From Macrostomum lignano (lineage: Eukaryota): a stretch of DNA of 64,000 nucleotides. The notes beneath the pieces were generated by a model. The model was not told the origin of the DNA. It saw only the letters and a program-made list of their open reading frames with translations, and searched no databases. Positions 38,300 through 52,039 of the stretch are shown here, one piece after another. Each line of letters starts with the position of its first letter. Within the stretch, counting starts at the first letter, position 1. Made by a program: the position numbers and the translations under genes. The stretch spans positions 62,001-126,000 of the forward strand of contig NIVC01001298.1 of assembly GCA_002269645.1 (NCBI GenBank), read 5' to 3'.

Positions 38300-39170
38300 C
38301 CTCACTTTTCTCCCTCTCACCTCTCTCCCTCTCACCTCTCTCCCTCTCATCTCTCTCCCTCTCACCTCTCTCCCTCTCACCTCTCTCCCTCTCATCTCTC
38401 TCCCTCTCACCTCTCTCCCTCTCACTTCTCTCCCTCTCACCTCTCTCCCTCTTACCTCTCTCCCTCTCACCTCTCTCCCTCTCACCTCTCTCCCTCTCAC
38501 CCCTCTCCCTCTCACCTCTCTCCCTCTCACCTCTCTCCCTCTTACCTATCACCCTCTCACCTCTCTCCCTCTCACCTCTCTCCCTCTCACCTCTCTCCCT
38601 CTCATCTCTCTCCCTCTCACCCCTCTCCCTCTCACCTCTCTCCCTCTCACCTCTCTCCCTCTTACCTCTCTCCCTCTCACCTCCCTCCCTCTCATCTCTC
38701 TCCCTCTCACCCCTCTCCCTCTCACCTCTCTCCCTCTCTCCCTACCTCTCTCCCTCTCACCTCTCTCCCTCTCACCTCTCTCCTCTCACCTCTCTCCCTC
38801 TCACCTCTCTTCCTCTTACCTCTCTCCCCTCTCTCTTCACCTCTCTCCCTCTTACCTCTCTCCTTCACCTCTCTCCTCTCACCTCTCTCCCTCTTACCTA
38901 TCACCCTCTCACCTCTCTCCCTCTCACCTCTCTCCCTCTTACCTCTCTCCCTCTCACCTCTCTCCCTCTTACCTATCACCCTCTCTCACCTCTCTCCTCT
39001 TACCTATCACCCTCTCACCTCTCTCTCTCACCTCTCCCTCTCTCTCTCACCTCTCTCCCTCTCACCTCTCTCCTCTCACCTCTCTCCCTCTCACCTCTCT
39101 CCCTCTCACCTCTCTCCCTCTCACCTCTCTCCCTCTCACCTCTCTCCTTCTCACCTCTCTCCCCTCCCTC
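38300..39170. repeat. 15-bp pyrimidine-rich minisatellite (ctctcacctctctcc)
   Basis: Direct inspection. Confidence 0.95.
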
Positions 39171-39378
39171 CCCATCTGACCCATCTGTCTCCCATTTCCC
39201 ACCCCTCTCTAATCGCACTCTAATCCCAACCGCTTATCCCGATAGCTGAACCGGCCGCATTCTCAATTTTAGCAGCACTAAAAGCCGTAGCGAGAGAAAT
39301 CCGCTTATCCGAGGCAGTCAGCGAGGCCGCTGCGGTCTCTCAAGCTGACACGGTCGGTGCTGGATTCGAAAAAACGCA

Positions 39379-39386
39379 TATATAAG
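39379..39386 (+). promoter_or_regulatory. TATA-like TATATAAG in a CpG-rich island; possible alternative Shaker promoter
   Basis: CpG-rich unique block 39240-39400 with a strong donor CAG|GTGAGT downstream at 39588/39589; motif-only evidence. Confidence 0.25.
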
Positions 39387-39636
39387 TGCCGCGGAGAAGC
39401 AGGTTTTGGTTTAAAATTTTCTCAGAAAAAGGATTTGTTTGAAATTTTTTACCAACTCATATGTGGTAAATTTCTATTTTTAAATGACTGCGTTTTTATC
39501 AGCATTCTTGAAAAAATCGTGAGTGTTTGTTTCCTGTGCATTGACTTGCTTACAAGTGCTGCAGTTTCCAACTAGCGAAGTTTAGCAGGTGAGTGCGGAG
39601 ATTCACCTGGCGCGAAACAGTGGCAGAACCGAACAG

Positions 39637-40687
<1,051 letters not shown>

Positions 40688-41255
40688 TGTCGCACAGCTT
40701 CAAGCTCCAGTCCAGGGCAATTAAAGAGCACCCGGGCCAGCGGGCGGAGCACCAAGGCCGCAAGGGGCTGCAGCAGTCATGTTGCCCAGTGCTCATATTG
40801 CCGCTATCTGCTGGAAATATTAGACGGCGCGCTCTTGTCAGAAAAAATACAAATATAGCTGCTTATCTGGAAGCCTATGGCCGATCCCCTGGCCATAGGC
40901 TTGGATGGGGGTTGTCGTGAGATATCTGTGCAGCCCCCAACTCTTCCCCCAACTCATCATGTTTGTCCTCACTCGCTGCGTATCTCGTCTCCCACCGACA
41001 GCAGACCCCTCACTGTTTGTGCTGGCCTAGTGGCTAACTGGGGTGGGGAGCAGCGTGTAGGATAGCGCCAACCCCCCTCCCCAACCCGGTTAGTTTTTGC
41101 TGGGAATCGCCCTCCAGCCAACCCTTCAACCTTAATCAAGGTCTTCTCTAGCGCGCTCTCTCTCTCTCTCTCTATCTCTCTGCGATCGCTCCCACACAAA
41201 TAGGCATTTCGTATTTTGTCGCGAATAGAAGAGAGAAGGGAACCCGTGAAAACAG

Positions 41256-41307
<52 letters not shown>

Positions 41308-41431
41308 GGTAGAGACGGGGGAACCCAGCAGCGAGGACTCCTCCCCTTATGTTTCAGCCCCGTAGCAACTGTCCCAGCCTCCCTTCCGCAGTGCTCCATC
41401 CTCGCTCTTGTTGCCCTACAAGCGGCGGCGC

Positions 41432-41440
41432 ATGGGGACG
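41432..41440 (+). CDS. Candidate mini first exon (ATG GGG ACG = MGT) for the Shaker gene
   Basis: Preceded by acceptor-like ttgttgccctacaAG (41422), followed by donor acg|GTGAGA; an 88-nt intron to cctcctAG (41528) keeps frame. Confidence 0.35.
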
Positions 41441-41591
41441 GTGAGAGCAGCCAGATAGTCGCTCAGAGATAGAGCCTGGCGGTAGCCTAATCCCAACCGC
41501 TAAGCCCCATGCCTTGCCGTCCTCCTAGAAGCATCGCAGTGAGCGTAGGCAGCACTTGTTGCACCGCTGTGACCCGCTGTGCCGGCAGTCC

Positions 41592-43337
41592 ATGGAGGCG
41601 GCTTTAGCCGGAGTGTCGTCGACCTCGGCTGCCGAGGTTGGAAGCAGCTGCCCAGATACAGCTGGGGCTCAAACATGCGCTGGATATCAGCATCATCACC
41701 TGTACCACCGGCAGCACCTGTACCACCAGCAGCCAACGGAGTCCTCCCCGCCGCGCCATTTCAGATCCTATCCGAGGATGCCGCCTTCCCAGCTGTCCCG
41801 GCCAGGGGAGGATCTTCAACATCCAGCGGAAGATTTTTCGCCAACTTTGCCAGCTCTTCCCATCGCAGGTCAGCAGCAGCAGCAACAGCAGCTTCAGCAG
41901 TATCAACTGGACGAAGACGTTGCCAAAGCGTTCGACAGCGAAAAAGTAGTGATCAACGTCAGCGGCCTGCGCTTCGAGACGCAGCTCAGGACGCTGAATC
42001 AGTTCCCGGAGACGCTGCTCGGCAACTCGCAGAAGCGCAACCGCTACTACGATCCGTTGCGCAACGAGTACTTTTTCGATCGCAATCGGCCGTCTTTTGA
42101 CGCGATTTTGTACTTTTACCAGAGCGGCGGCCGCCTGCGACGGCCCGTCAACGTGCCGATTGACGTTTTCACGGAGGAGATCCGGTTCTACGAGCTCGGC
42201 GAAGACGCCATCGAGAAGTACCGCGACGACGAGGGCTTTATTAAGGAGGAGGTCAAGGTGCTCCCGGTGAACGAGTTTCAAAGAAAGGTCTGGCTGCTGT
42301 TCGAGTATCCCGAGAGTTCCATGGCTGCTCGAGTGATTGCAATCATCTCCGTCTTCGTCATCCTGCTCAGCATTGTGATCTTCTGCGTTGAGACGCTGCC
42401 CCATTTCCGGCACTACAAGGTGATCAACGAGTCCTTCGGCAACGTAACTAGCCAGGTAATCGAAGAGGATGACATACCGCAGTTTGACGAGTCCTTCTTC
42501 ATCATCGAGACTGTCTGCATTGTCTGGTTTACCTTTGAGCTGTTGGTTCGATTTGCTTCTTCGCCGGCCAAGATCGGCTTCTTTAAGAATATCATGAACC
42601 TCATCGACATCGTGGCCATCATTCCCTACTTCATCACCCTGGGCACGGTGATCGCGGACGACAGTCGCAGCAACCAGGCGATGTCCCTGGCCGTGCTGCG
42701 AGTGATTCGTCTTGTACGGGTTTTTCGAATCTTCAAACTCAGCCGCCACTTCAAGGGACTTCAGATCCTGGGACAGACGCTGAAAGCATCCGTAAGGGAG
42801 CTCGGCCTGCTCGTGTTCTTCCTGTTCATCAGCGTGATCCTGTTCTCGTCGGCAGTTTACTTCGCCGAGGCTGACTCGGCGGATAAGTCGCATTTCGATT
42901 CGATTCCATCGGCATTCTGGTGGGCTGTTGTTACCATGACAACGGTAGGGTACGGCGACATGCGACCGGTGACGGTCTGGGGCAAGCTGGTGGGGTCCCT
43001 GTGCGCCATAGCTGGCGTGCTGACCATCGCCCTGCCCGTGCCGGTGATCGTGTCAAACTTCAACTACTTCTACCACCGGGAGACCGAGTCGGAGGACAAA
43101 CAGACCTACGTACACGTGCAGTCGTGCCCAGCCTACAGGGACAGCAAAAATAACTCGTTGATGTCGAACAGCAGGGCGTCGGAGGCGTCCGAGGTTGACG
43201 CGGGCACCGAGGGCCACCTGCTCGCGATGCAGCAGTCGGAGTCGCAGGCGTCTGTAAAGCAGAATCATTCTCAACAGCAGCTGCATCAGCAAAACTCAAA
43301 TAAAAGCAGCGTTGCTTGCTTTGAAACAGACGTCTGA
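41592..43337 (+). CDS. Sh: Voltage-gated K+ channel, Shaker/Kv1 (KCNA) subfamily, 581 aa from ATG 41592; exon frame open from the acceptor at 41529
   Basis: T1 domain ([43 protein letters not shown]), S4 [17 protein letters not shown], filter [10 protein letters not shown]6 [10 protein letters not shown]-terminal PDZ ligand ETDV. Confidence 0.97.
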   Translation: MEAALAGVSSTSAAEVGSSCPDTAGAQTCAGYQHHHLYHRQHLYHQQPTESSPPRHFRSYPRMPPSQLSRPGEDLQHPAEDFSPTLPALPIAGQQQQQQQLQQYQLDEDVAKAFDSEKVVINVSGLRFETQLRTLNQFPETLLGNSQKRNRYYDPLRNEYFFDRNRPSFDAILYFYQSGGRLRRPVNVPIDVFTEEIRFYELGEDAIEKYRDDEGFIKEEVKVLPVNEFQRKVWLLFEYPESSMAARVIAIISVFVILLSIVIFCVETLPHFRHYKVINESFGNVTSQVIEEDDIPQFDESFFIIETVCIVWFTFELLVRFASSPAKIGFFKNIMNLIDIVAIIPYFITLGTVIADDSRSNQAMSLAVLRVIRLVRVFRIFKLSRHFKGLQILGQTLKASVRELGLLVFFLFISVILFSSAVYFAEADSADKSHFDSIPSAFWWAVVTMTTVGYGDMRPVTVWGKLVGSLCAIAGVLTIALPVPVIVSNFNYFYHRETESEDKQTYVHVQSCPAYRDSKNNSLMSNSRASEASEVDAGTEGHLLAMQQSESQASVKQNHSQQQLHQQNSNKSSVACFETDV

Positions 43338-43481
43338 GCGGCTGGTCGCGGTTCTGACATACAAGTGTGCTCATTGCTCATCTACTCCCAGCGAATTAAG
43401 CTCAACAGCCTATTTGCCAAGCCATTCAAGCCTAAATAGGTGAGTTTTATTGAGTTAATTATTTCTATAGTGTAGCTTGTA

Positions 43482-43998
43482 TAGTGCCAGTGAAGAGTCT
43501 AGAGTGCCAGTGAAGAGTCTAGAGTGCCAGTGAAGAGTCTAGAGTGCCAGTGAAGAGTCTAGAGTGCCAGTGAAGAGTCTAGAGTGCCAGTGAAGAGTCT
43601 AGAGTGCCAGTGAGGAGTCTAGAGTGCCAGTGAAGAGTCTGGAGTGCCAGTGAGGAGTCTAGAGTGCCAGTGAAGAGTCTAGAGTGCCAGTGAGGAGTTT
43701 AGAGTGCCAGTGAAGAGTCTGGAGTGCCAGTGAGGAGTCTGGAGTGCCAGTGAAGAGTCTAGAGTGCCAGTGAGGAGTCTAGAGTGCCAGTGAGGAGTCT
43801 GGAGTGCCAGTGAAGAGTCTGGAGTGCCAGTGAAGAGTTTGGAGTGCCAGTGAAGAGTCTAGAGTGCCAGTGAAGAGTCTAGAGTGCCAGTGAAGAGTCT
43901 GGAGTGCCAGTGAAGAGTCTGGAGTGCTAGTGAAGAGTCTGGAGTGCCAGTGAAGAGTCTGGAGTGCCAGTGAAGAGTCTAAAGTGCCTGTGAAGAGT
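43482..43998. repeat. 20-bp minisatellite (tctagagtgccagtgaagag), ~26 units, ~145 bp downstream of the Shaker stop
   Basis: Direct inspection. Confidence 0.95.
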
Positions 43999-44306
43999 CA
44001 CAGCCAAACATTCACAGCCTGCAGTGAAGCAGCTTGCACAAACATGGCCGCTATTTAAAAACTTCTCCGTTGCATTCATTCCACCTTTTCTACCTTTGCT
44101 TTGCTACTTTGAAATCTGAGGCTCAGATTTTTGATGCTCAGCGGCCACTTAATCCATCCAGCCTTTTATGAAAGGCGCGCCATACAGGTGCAACGTTATA
44201 GAGGCATTTTTGATTCTCGCTAATCCTGTGTCCCAGCCGCTAGTTGCTAGGGGGAACAGGGGGCCGTGATCTTCCCTCATTGGCTGGCAAAATACTAAAT
44301 GCCCCT

Positions 44307-44700
44307 TGGTGCTAAAGCCCCTGGTGCTAAAGCCCCTTAATGCTAAAGCCCCTTAATGCTAAAGCCCCTGGTGCTAAAGCCCCTTGGTGCTAAAGCCCCT
44401 GGTGCTAAAGACCCTTAGTGCTAAAGCCCCTGGTGCTAAAGACCCTTAGTGCTAAAGCCCCTTGGTGCTAAAGCCCCTGGTGCTAAAGACCCTTAGTGCT
44501 AAAGCCCCTTGGTGCTAAAGCCCCTGGTGCTAAAGACCCTTAGTGCTAAAGCCCCTTGGTGCCAAAGCCCCTGGTGCTAAAGACCCTTAGTGCTAAAGCC
44601 CCTTAGTGCTAAAGCCCCTGGTGCTAAAGACCCTTGGTGCTAAAGCCCCTGGTGCTAAAGCCCCTGGTGCTAAAGCCCCTGGTGCTAAAGCCCCTGGTGC
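44307..44700. repeat. 15/16-bp minisatellite (ggtgctaaagcccct)
   Basis: Direct inspection. Confidence 0.95.
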
Positions 44701-45227
44701 TGGCGCAAGAAAGGAAAATTCTATCTGCACCCGTGATTAGAGGGAAGCAGAGAAGCTATAAGTATAATTTATTATTTGTTTATAGCCATCGCAAAGGCCA
44801 TCAAGCGGTGCGTAGAAAGTGCCGATTATACAAAATCAATGGGGCATTTGGTCAGGGAAGTTGTTAGAATTGCGTCTGCACGCCCGCCCGTCCGTCTGCC
44901 TGCAACTGACTGACAGCAATGGACAATTCCTCATGCAGCGCTCTGTTAAACTTCCACTACACCAGCCCAGCCCCCAGTCTGCCCCAATACTGAACCCCGG
45001 CCTCAGGGGGTGCGCAGTGTCCCATTTCCGTTGCCTCCACTGCGCCGGCTCAAATGTCACGCTGAAAAAGATTGGCTGTCTGCTTCCGACTGGAAACGCC
45101 ACTGTTTCCCCCAGGGATGCTCCAATAGCCCTTAATGAGCGGCATGAGCGGCAGCTTAAAGTGCTGCCTCAGATAGCCTGTGACCGATAACTAGTTCTAA
45201 CTATAACTAGTTCACAATAGACTTAGG

Positions 45228-46102
<875 letters not shown>

Positions 46103-47073
46103 AACTTCCCTCTCGTCTCCATTTCAGATGCGGCGGAGACCACCCTAGCTCATCGAGCTCTTTGTTCTTGAAGTTGTGACAGCTGCTCCTTGCCAATTGC
46201 CAACAGGAAAGCGGAAAATTGAATCAGTCTGTTCATGATTAGCGGCTCATTCGATAGCTATAAAAATCTGTTATCGCTTCGTGTTTACAGTGCTTTTTCG
46301 ATTCATTTACTTCCCTATTGCAGACTTGCCATCACTGGCTGCTGCCCAGCTACATGACTGATGTTATACTTTTTGCACCGGTCTCATATGCTGAGGTGAA
46401 GCCGCGTGTGCTGGTGCTGCTTTTTCACGCGGAGACGCACCTGAGTCTCTTTCTCTCTGTCTCATTGTCTCCCAGTTCGTTCTCAACCCTACAACTGGGT
46501 AGGGTCGCTTCCCAGAGTTCAGTCCATTTCTCTACGATTTTATTGAACTTCCTGAAGCAACTTTGAAGAAGTTGTTTTCAACTTTTTGATCTTTGAATAG
46601 TTTCTGCCTTATACTTGGTGACTGCCTGCACAAGCTCACAACGTGCTTGAGACTGTTTGCACACTCTTGAGCAAAAGCCAACTTACAATGCTATAAAAGA
46701 GTTTCCCACCTGCCCTGCAGGCACCTTCTCGGTTGCTTACTCCAGTGCTTCTAATTGGCATGGCGACGTTGTTTAGCAATTCTTAATCGTTAATTTTTTA
46801 CCACTAAAGCCATTTCTCTGCAGTATTACCGCCGTTGTACACTACAAAGCTTTTATATTATAATTGATGCATATAAAACGAGAGAATAACTTACCACTTA
46901 TAATTATAGAGGCAAAGAAGTTTCACCTGATAAACTTCATTTTCTACAATATCTGCGCGCTGTCTTTGAACCAATAAATTTATATTTGCAAATTGCTCTT
47001 TCAAGACTTCAACCAACAACAGATTAGTTAAATTGGCTTTGATTTGTGCTCGTTCCTTTCAAAAAATTGGCAT

Positions 47074-49951
47074 TCAACAGTGGCTACTGGGAGACGCCAC
47101 CAAGCTCAGCGACTTTCCCGACTCGATAGCGACATCGCCGGCGCAGAACAGCGACCTGCAAATTGGTTGCGGTTCTTTGTAGAGTCAAGAGATTTTGGAA
47201 GAATATAAATACAATTTTCCAACACCTAGTTTTCAGGTCAGGCCTCGACACCCCCCAAGGCTTCAGGTCAGGCCTCAACACCCTCACCTCAGGCTTCAGG
47301 CCAGGCCTCAACACCCTCACTTCAGGCTTCAGGTCAGGCCTCAACACCCTCCCCTCAGGCTTCAGGTCAGGCCTCAACACCCTCCCCTCAGGCTTCAGGT
47401 CAGGCCTCAACACCCTCACCTCAGGCTTCAGGTCAGGCCTCAACACCCTCCCCTCAGGCTTCAGGTCAGGCCTCAACACCCTCACCTCAGGCTTCAGGTC
47501 AGGCCTCAACACCCTCACCTCAGGCTTCGGTCAGGCCTCAACACCCTCCCCTCAGGCTTCAGGTCAGGCCTCAACACCCTCACCTCAGGCTTCGGTCAGG
47601 CCTCAACACCCTCCCCTCAGGCTTCAGGTCAGGCCTCAACACCTCCACCTCAGGCTTCAGGTCAGGCCTCAACACCACCCCAGGCTTCAGGTCAGGTTTC
47701 AACACCCCACCCCAGGCTTCAGGTCAGGCCTCAACACACCCAAGGCTTCAGGTCAGGTCTCAACACCCCCACCCCAGGCTTCAGGTCAGGCCTCAACACC
47801 ACCCCAGGCTTCAGATCAGGCCTCAACACCCCACTCCAGGCTTCAGGTCAGGCCTCAACACACCCAAGGCTTCAGGTCAGGTCTCAACACCCCCACCCCA
47901 GGCTTCAGGTCAGGCCTCAACACCCCACCCCAGGCTTCAGGTCAGGTCTCAACACCCCCACCCCAGGCTTCAGGTCAGGCCTCATCTTCATAGCCTTCAG
48001 GGATCAGTCTGCCAAACAGTTTCCACGCTTATTTATAAAGTGCTCGAAAGCCTCTCACCTCTTCTCCTTAAATCCCTCAACAATCTCCACTCGGTTCACG
48101 TGCAGCTTCTGCTTCAAGATAGCCAAATTCCACCGGTGCTTCCAGGAGACAGTCAGACGCTTCAAATCAAACACCGGGTCAGTTCCGGTCAGCACAATGC
48201 TTATTAACTCGCCAGGCTCCATGTAGGATTTCTCAACGACTGTCAGTTGCGAGCTGCTCTGCCCGTCGGCGCCCTCCAGCGTGAGAAACAGGTCTCCGTA
48301 CTGCTGCTTGGCGCTCGACACGCCCGAGATGATTATCTTGGCAAAGTAGTGGTGCACTGCGAATTCAAGGTTCAGTTTCATTACTTTTATTAAAACTCAA
48401 TCGATTGAATCGAAACTTCAGATAAATCTAAGCAATAAGGAACTCAACTCACTCTCGTAAGGCTCATGGCCATCGGTGTCAAGGAACATCTTCACGTTCG
48501 TGAGGCCGCTCGGGTTCCACTCGGCTGCCCGGATGCCCATCTGAGCGCAGCCGGTGATGCCACAGCCGGCGCATTTTCCCGCCTTAAAGTTCTCGTAGGA
48601 ATCGCAGGGAAAGGCCTTGTAGTCGCCTTGCGCGTGAATCAGGGTGGTGGACACCAGCTGAAGCACTCGCATGTGGTAGCAGGCGACGACCCACTTTGTG
48701 CCCTCAACGATGCCATTGATGATGATGCCGGTAATGGGGTTCTGGGAGCAGTCGGGCTGCTTCTTGCCACCGTTCGGGTAAAAGTCCACGTGACCAACGG
48801 GCTGCATGAGTCCCATTCCGCCCTGAAGCTTGATGCTGTTCAGCAGGCTGTCGCCGTCGGTGTGGATGGCGTCGACGAATCGAGCGTCTGTGGGGTCGAG
48901 CCGGACCTCCGGGTGCGTGTTCTCGAAGTACGGACCGGCCGGGTCCATGCCGGTGATGCGGCCGAGTCGCCGACTTCCGGTGAGCCTCTCGCCCGCGTAT
49001 CCGGCGATGTGCGAGCCGAGGCTGTGGCCGAGCAGGTGGAACTGCTCACGGTTGGCTCCGAACTGGGTCTCCAGCCACATGATGAGCTGGGCGATCAGAG
49101 CTCCGACCACGCGAGTGTTGGCCGTAGCCTGGGTGTAGGGCAGCTGGTTGCCCTTGCTCCAGTCCACCAGCACTACATTGTGGTCTCCGTGCAGCAGCAG
49201 AGCTTTTTTCATCTCACCCACCCAGGGCACATTTATGTCGTCAACGAAACCGTGAATGACCATCTTAGTTGGCAGTTTCGGGTTGAAGTTGGACTTTTCA
49301 ATGCTGGCCTTGTCGCCGTAGCGTAAAATCTGAGGCAACATCGGATTGCGCAGAGTGAACAGCGCGTAAGTCGGTCGGAGGTGGTCGGGGCTCTGCGGCA
49401 GCAGTTGAATCGGCCGGTTCCAAAGGTCGTAAAAGTTTCCACCGGTGCTGAAGCAGCCGAGACCGTCGTAGCAGACCTTTTGTGGGACGAATCCTGGGAT
49501 TCGGTGGTAAACTGTTATTCATTTAGCGTTTCGCCCTCGTGTTTGTATGACTTAAGTGTTTTTATTGTCGCCTGGTGTCTCGAAGTGTACTAATACTATT
49601 TATTGTTCACCCAAGAATTGTACCGATTTAGTCGCAATTTACATCTCCAGAACTGTCAGGAGCAAATTGATTGATACTTATGTCAGCATGCTCTTTCCAC
49701 TATGATTTATTCTTGGGTCAGGTTATTCAGACTGCTTACTAAAAGCTTGAGCGAGCATAGAAGTATCTCCAAACTCTTGAAAAGAAAATTAGCACCTACA
49801 AAAACCTTTAATCAGCGGCAAAACAAGTAGAATATTTTTCGGTCGCGCAACTACGCAATAAATAGAGCTTACTTTTTCCGATAGAATTGGCGTCAATACG
49901 GCCTGCAGCTGAGAACAGCAGCAGAGTGCATCCAAGCATTAAAACCAACAT
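47074..49951 (-). CDS. Pancreatic-lipase-family gene A, 499 aa with signal peptide, catalytic domain and PLAT domain; exons 49951-49873, 49493-48453, 48356-48059, 47155-47074
   Basis: GHSLG nucleophile, GMDPAGP Asp, C-x-H His, DAIHTD, GHVDFYPNGG; all three introns GT-AG with matching phases (1,1,2); total 1500 nt. Confidence 0.9.
47232..47985. repeat. ~26-bp minisatellite (caggcttcaggtcaggcctcaacacc...) filling the last intron of lipase A
   Basis: Lies inside intron 47156-48058. Confidence 0.95.
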
Positions 49952-50725
49952 GCTTTCTTCCGGAGTCTTTGTATTTTAAGTTTTATTGCAGAACAAAGCA
50001 AAGTTTTAGTGATTTTTTGTGGCCATGCAGAGCTTTTATTTCAAGGTATGTGGATATCGTCACGTTCACAAATACATGCAGCTATCTCAACCGACTGTCA
50101 GCTCATGTCTCACCTGCTGCAGGTCTCATGCAACCGGTTTTGGACTTGCTGACACTTGGCTGTGCGGCTTTTGTACTTGTTGGAACGACATTATTAGATT
50201 TGAACAAAACACTTCACGTTCACTCAGTAGAGCACCTGAAATTTCCAAGACTCAATCTATTTGTTAGCTGCCGTCTATCAGCAGTCCCGGCGATTTGTGT
50301 GCTGCTACAGCTGCCAAAGTCTCACAGCGAGTTCGATTCCGCTAATATATTTATTCTGCTTATCGATTGTGGAGCAGCATTACTTATGCACTTTTTTATT
50401 TTCTCCGTGGAAGATAAAATTTTTAAATTAGCTGTTACCACAGGTAACAGCTAGCCACACAAAAGTAGTAAAGGTATGACTCGTAGCGATTAAGCTAAGC
50501 TAGCTAAAATATCGATTTAATTTAGTCAGAAAAAACTTAAACAAAAACAAAAATATTTTCTATTAGGCGTGGCAAAAACGGGCACCAAAACTTGTATATA
50601 TTTTTATAGTCTTATTCGATAGTATTGCTATGCAATCAGTTTTATACAATACAGAAAATTTAGGATAATTAACAACACCGATAGGTCTGCTTCAGGTCTC
50701 TGTTTTTACTCGGCCTGGAGGTGAT

Positions 50726-52039
50726 CTAGCGGGGACCTGTGGAAATGTACGAAGGTTTTTGTTTTACAATTACGATGTTTTACAATTTGACGATGATAGT
50801 AACTAAAAATGGATGATAAAACCAAGAAACTCACCAGTGCTCTCAAACGGCGCTTTACCAGCAGTGTCAAGGAACATCTTCACGTTGGTGCGGCCGTTCG
50901 GGTTCCACTCGTTGGCTTTGATGCCCATCTGCGCGCAGCCGACGCTACCGCAGCTCGAACACCTGCCGGCCTTGAATTTCTCGTAGGAGTCGCACGGGAA
51001 AGCTTTGTAGTTTCCCTGCTGGTGCTCAATGGTGCTGGTCACCATCGGCAGCACCCGGAGATGGTCGCAGGCAATAGTCCACTTAGTGCCTTCGATAATA
51101 CCATCAATGATGATGTTGGTGATGGGGTTCTGCGTGCAGTCCGGCTGCTTTTTACCACCGTTAGCGTAGAAATCCACGTGACCGACCGCCTGCATCATGC
51201 CGAAGCCGCCTTTGAGGGAAATGCTGCTCAGCAGGCTGTCGCCGTCAGTGTGGATGGCGTCGACGAATCGAGCGTCCGTGGGGTCGAGCCGGACCTCCGG
51301 GTGCGTGTTCTCGAAGTACGGACCGGCCGGGTCCATGCCGGTGATGCGGCCGAGTCGCCGACTTCCGGTGAGCCTCTCGCCCGCGTATCCGGCGATGTGC
51401 GAGCCGAGGCTGTGGCCGAGCAGGTGGAACTGCTCACGGTTGGCTCCGAACTGGGTCTCCAGCCACATGATGAGCTGGGCAATCAGAGCTCCGACCACGC
51501 GAGTGTTGGCCGTAGCCTGGGTGTAGGGCAGCTGGTTTCCATTGCTCCAGTCAACTTGTATCACATTGTAGTCTCCGTGCAGAAGCAGAGCTTTCCTCAT
51601 GTCGACCATCCAGGCGACGTCCCCGGGGTCAAGGAAGCCGTGTATAATGAACTTAGTCGGCTGTCTCGGGTTAAAGTTGGAGCCAGTAACGCTGGCCTTG
51701 TTGTTGTAGACGATTCTCTGACCGGCAACGATGTTCCTGCGGGTGTAAAGCGCGAAGATCGGTCGGATGCGGTCGGGGCTCTGCGGCAGCAGTTGAATCG
51801 GCCGTCTCCACAGATCGTAGAAGTTTCCACCAGTGCTGAAGCAGCCGAGACCGTCGTAGCAGACTTTCATCGGGATGAATCCTGTGGGATAATGTTCAAC
51901 CAAATCGTCTAAGCAGCGTCCGCTGACATTAGCAATCTAATAAAGTGAGTAGAAACTTACTTGTCTGCCGGCGCAGATCCATTCCAACTGCCCACTGGTT
52001 GCAGAGCGCCAGGACGCAGATCAGTGCAAGAACGCGCAT
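50726..52039 (-). CDS. Pancreatic-lipase-family gene B, 378 aa, no PLAT; exons 52039-51961, 51881-50835, 50736-50726 (ends STGPR*)
   Basis: Signal-peptide exon MRVLALICVLALC..., intact triad, GT-AG introns of 79 and 98 nt, both phase 1. Confidence 0.88.

Noticed and set aside
41579-43374. Overlapping and antisense ORFs across Shaker (e.g. 41604-42893 minus)
   Set aside because: Shadows of a GC3-rich coding sequence.
49298-49493. Apparent frameshift or truncation at the 5' end of lipase A
   Set aside because: The frame is open from the acceptor at 49493; the ORF track simply starts at the first ATG.
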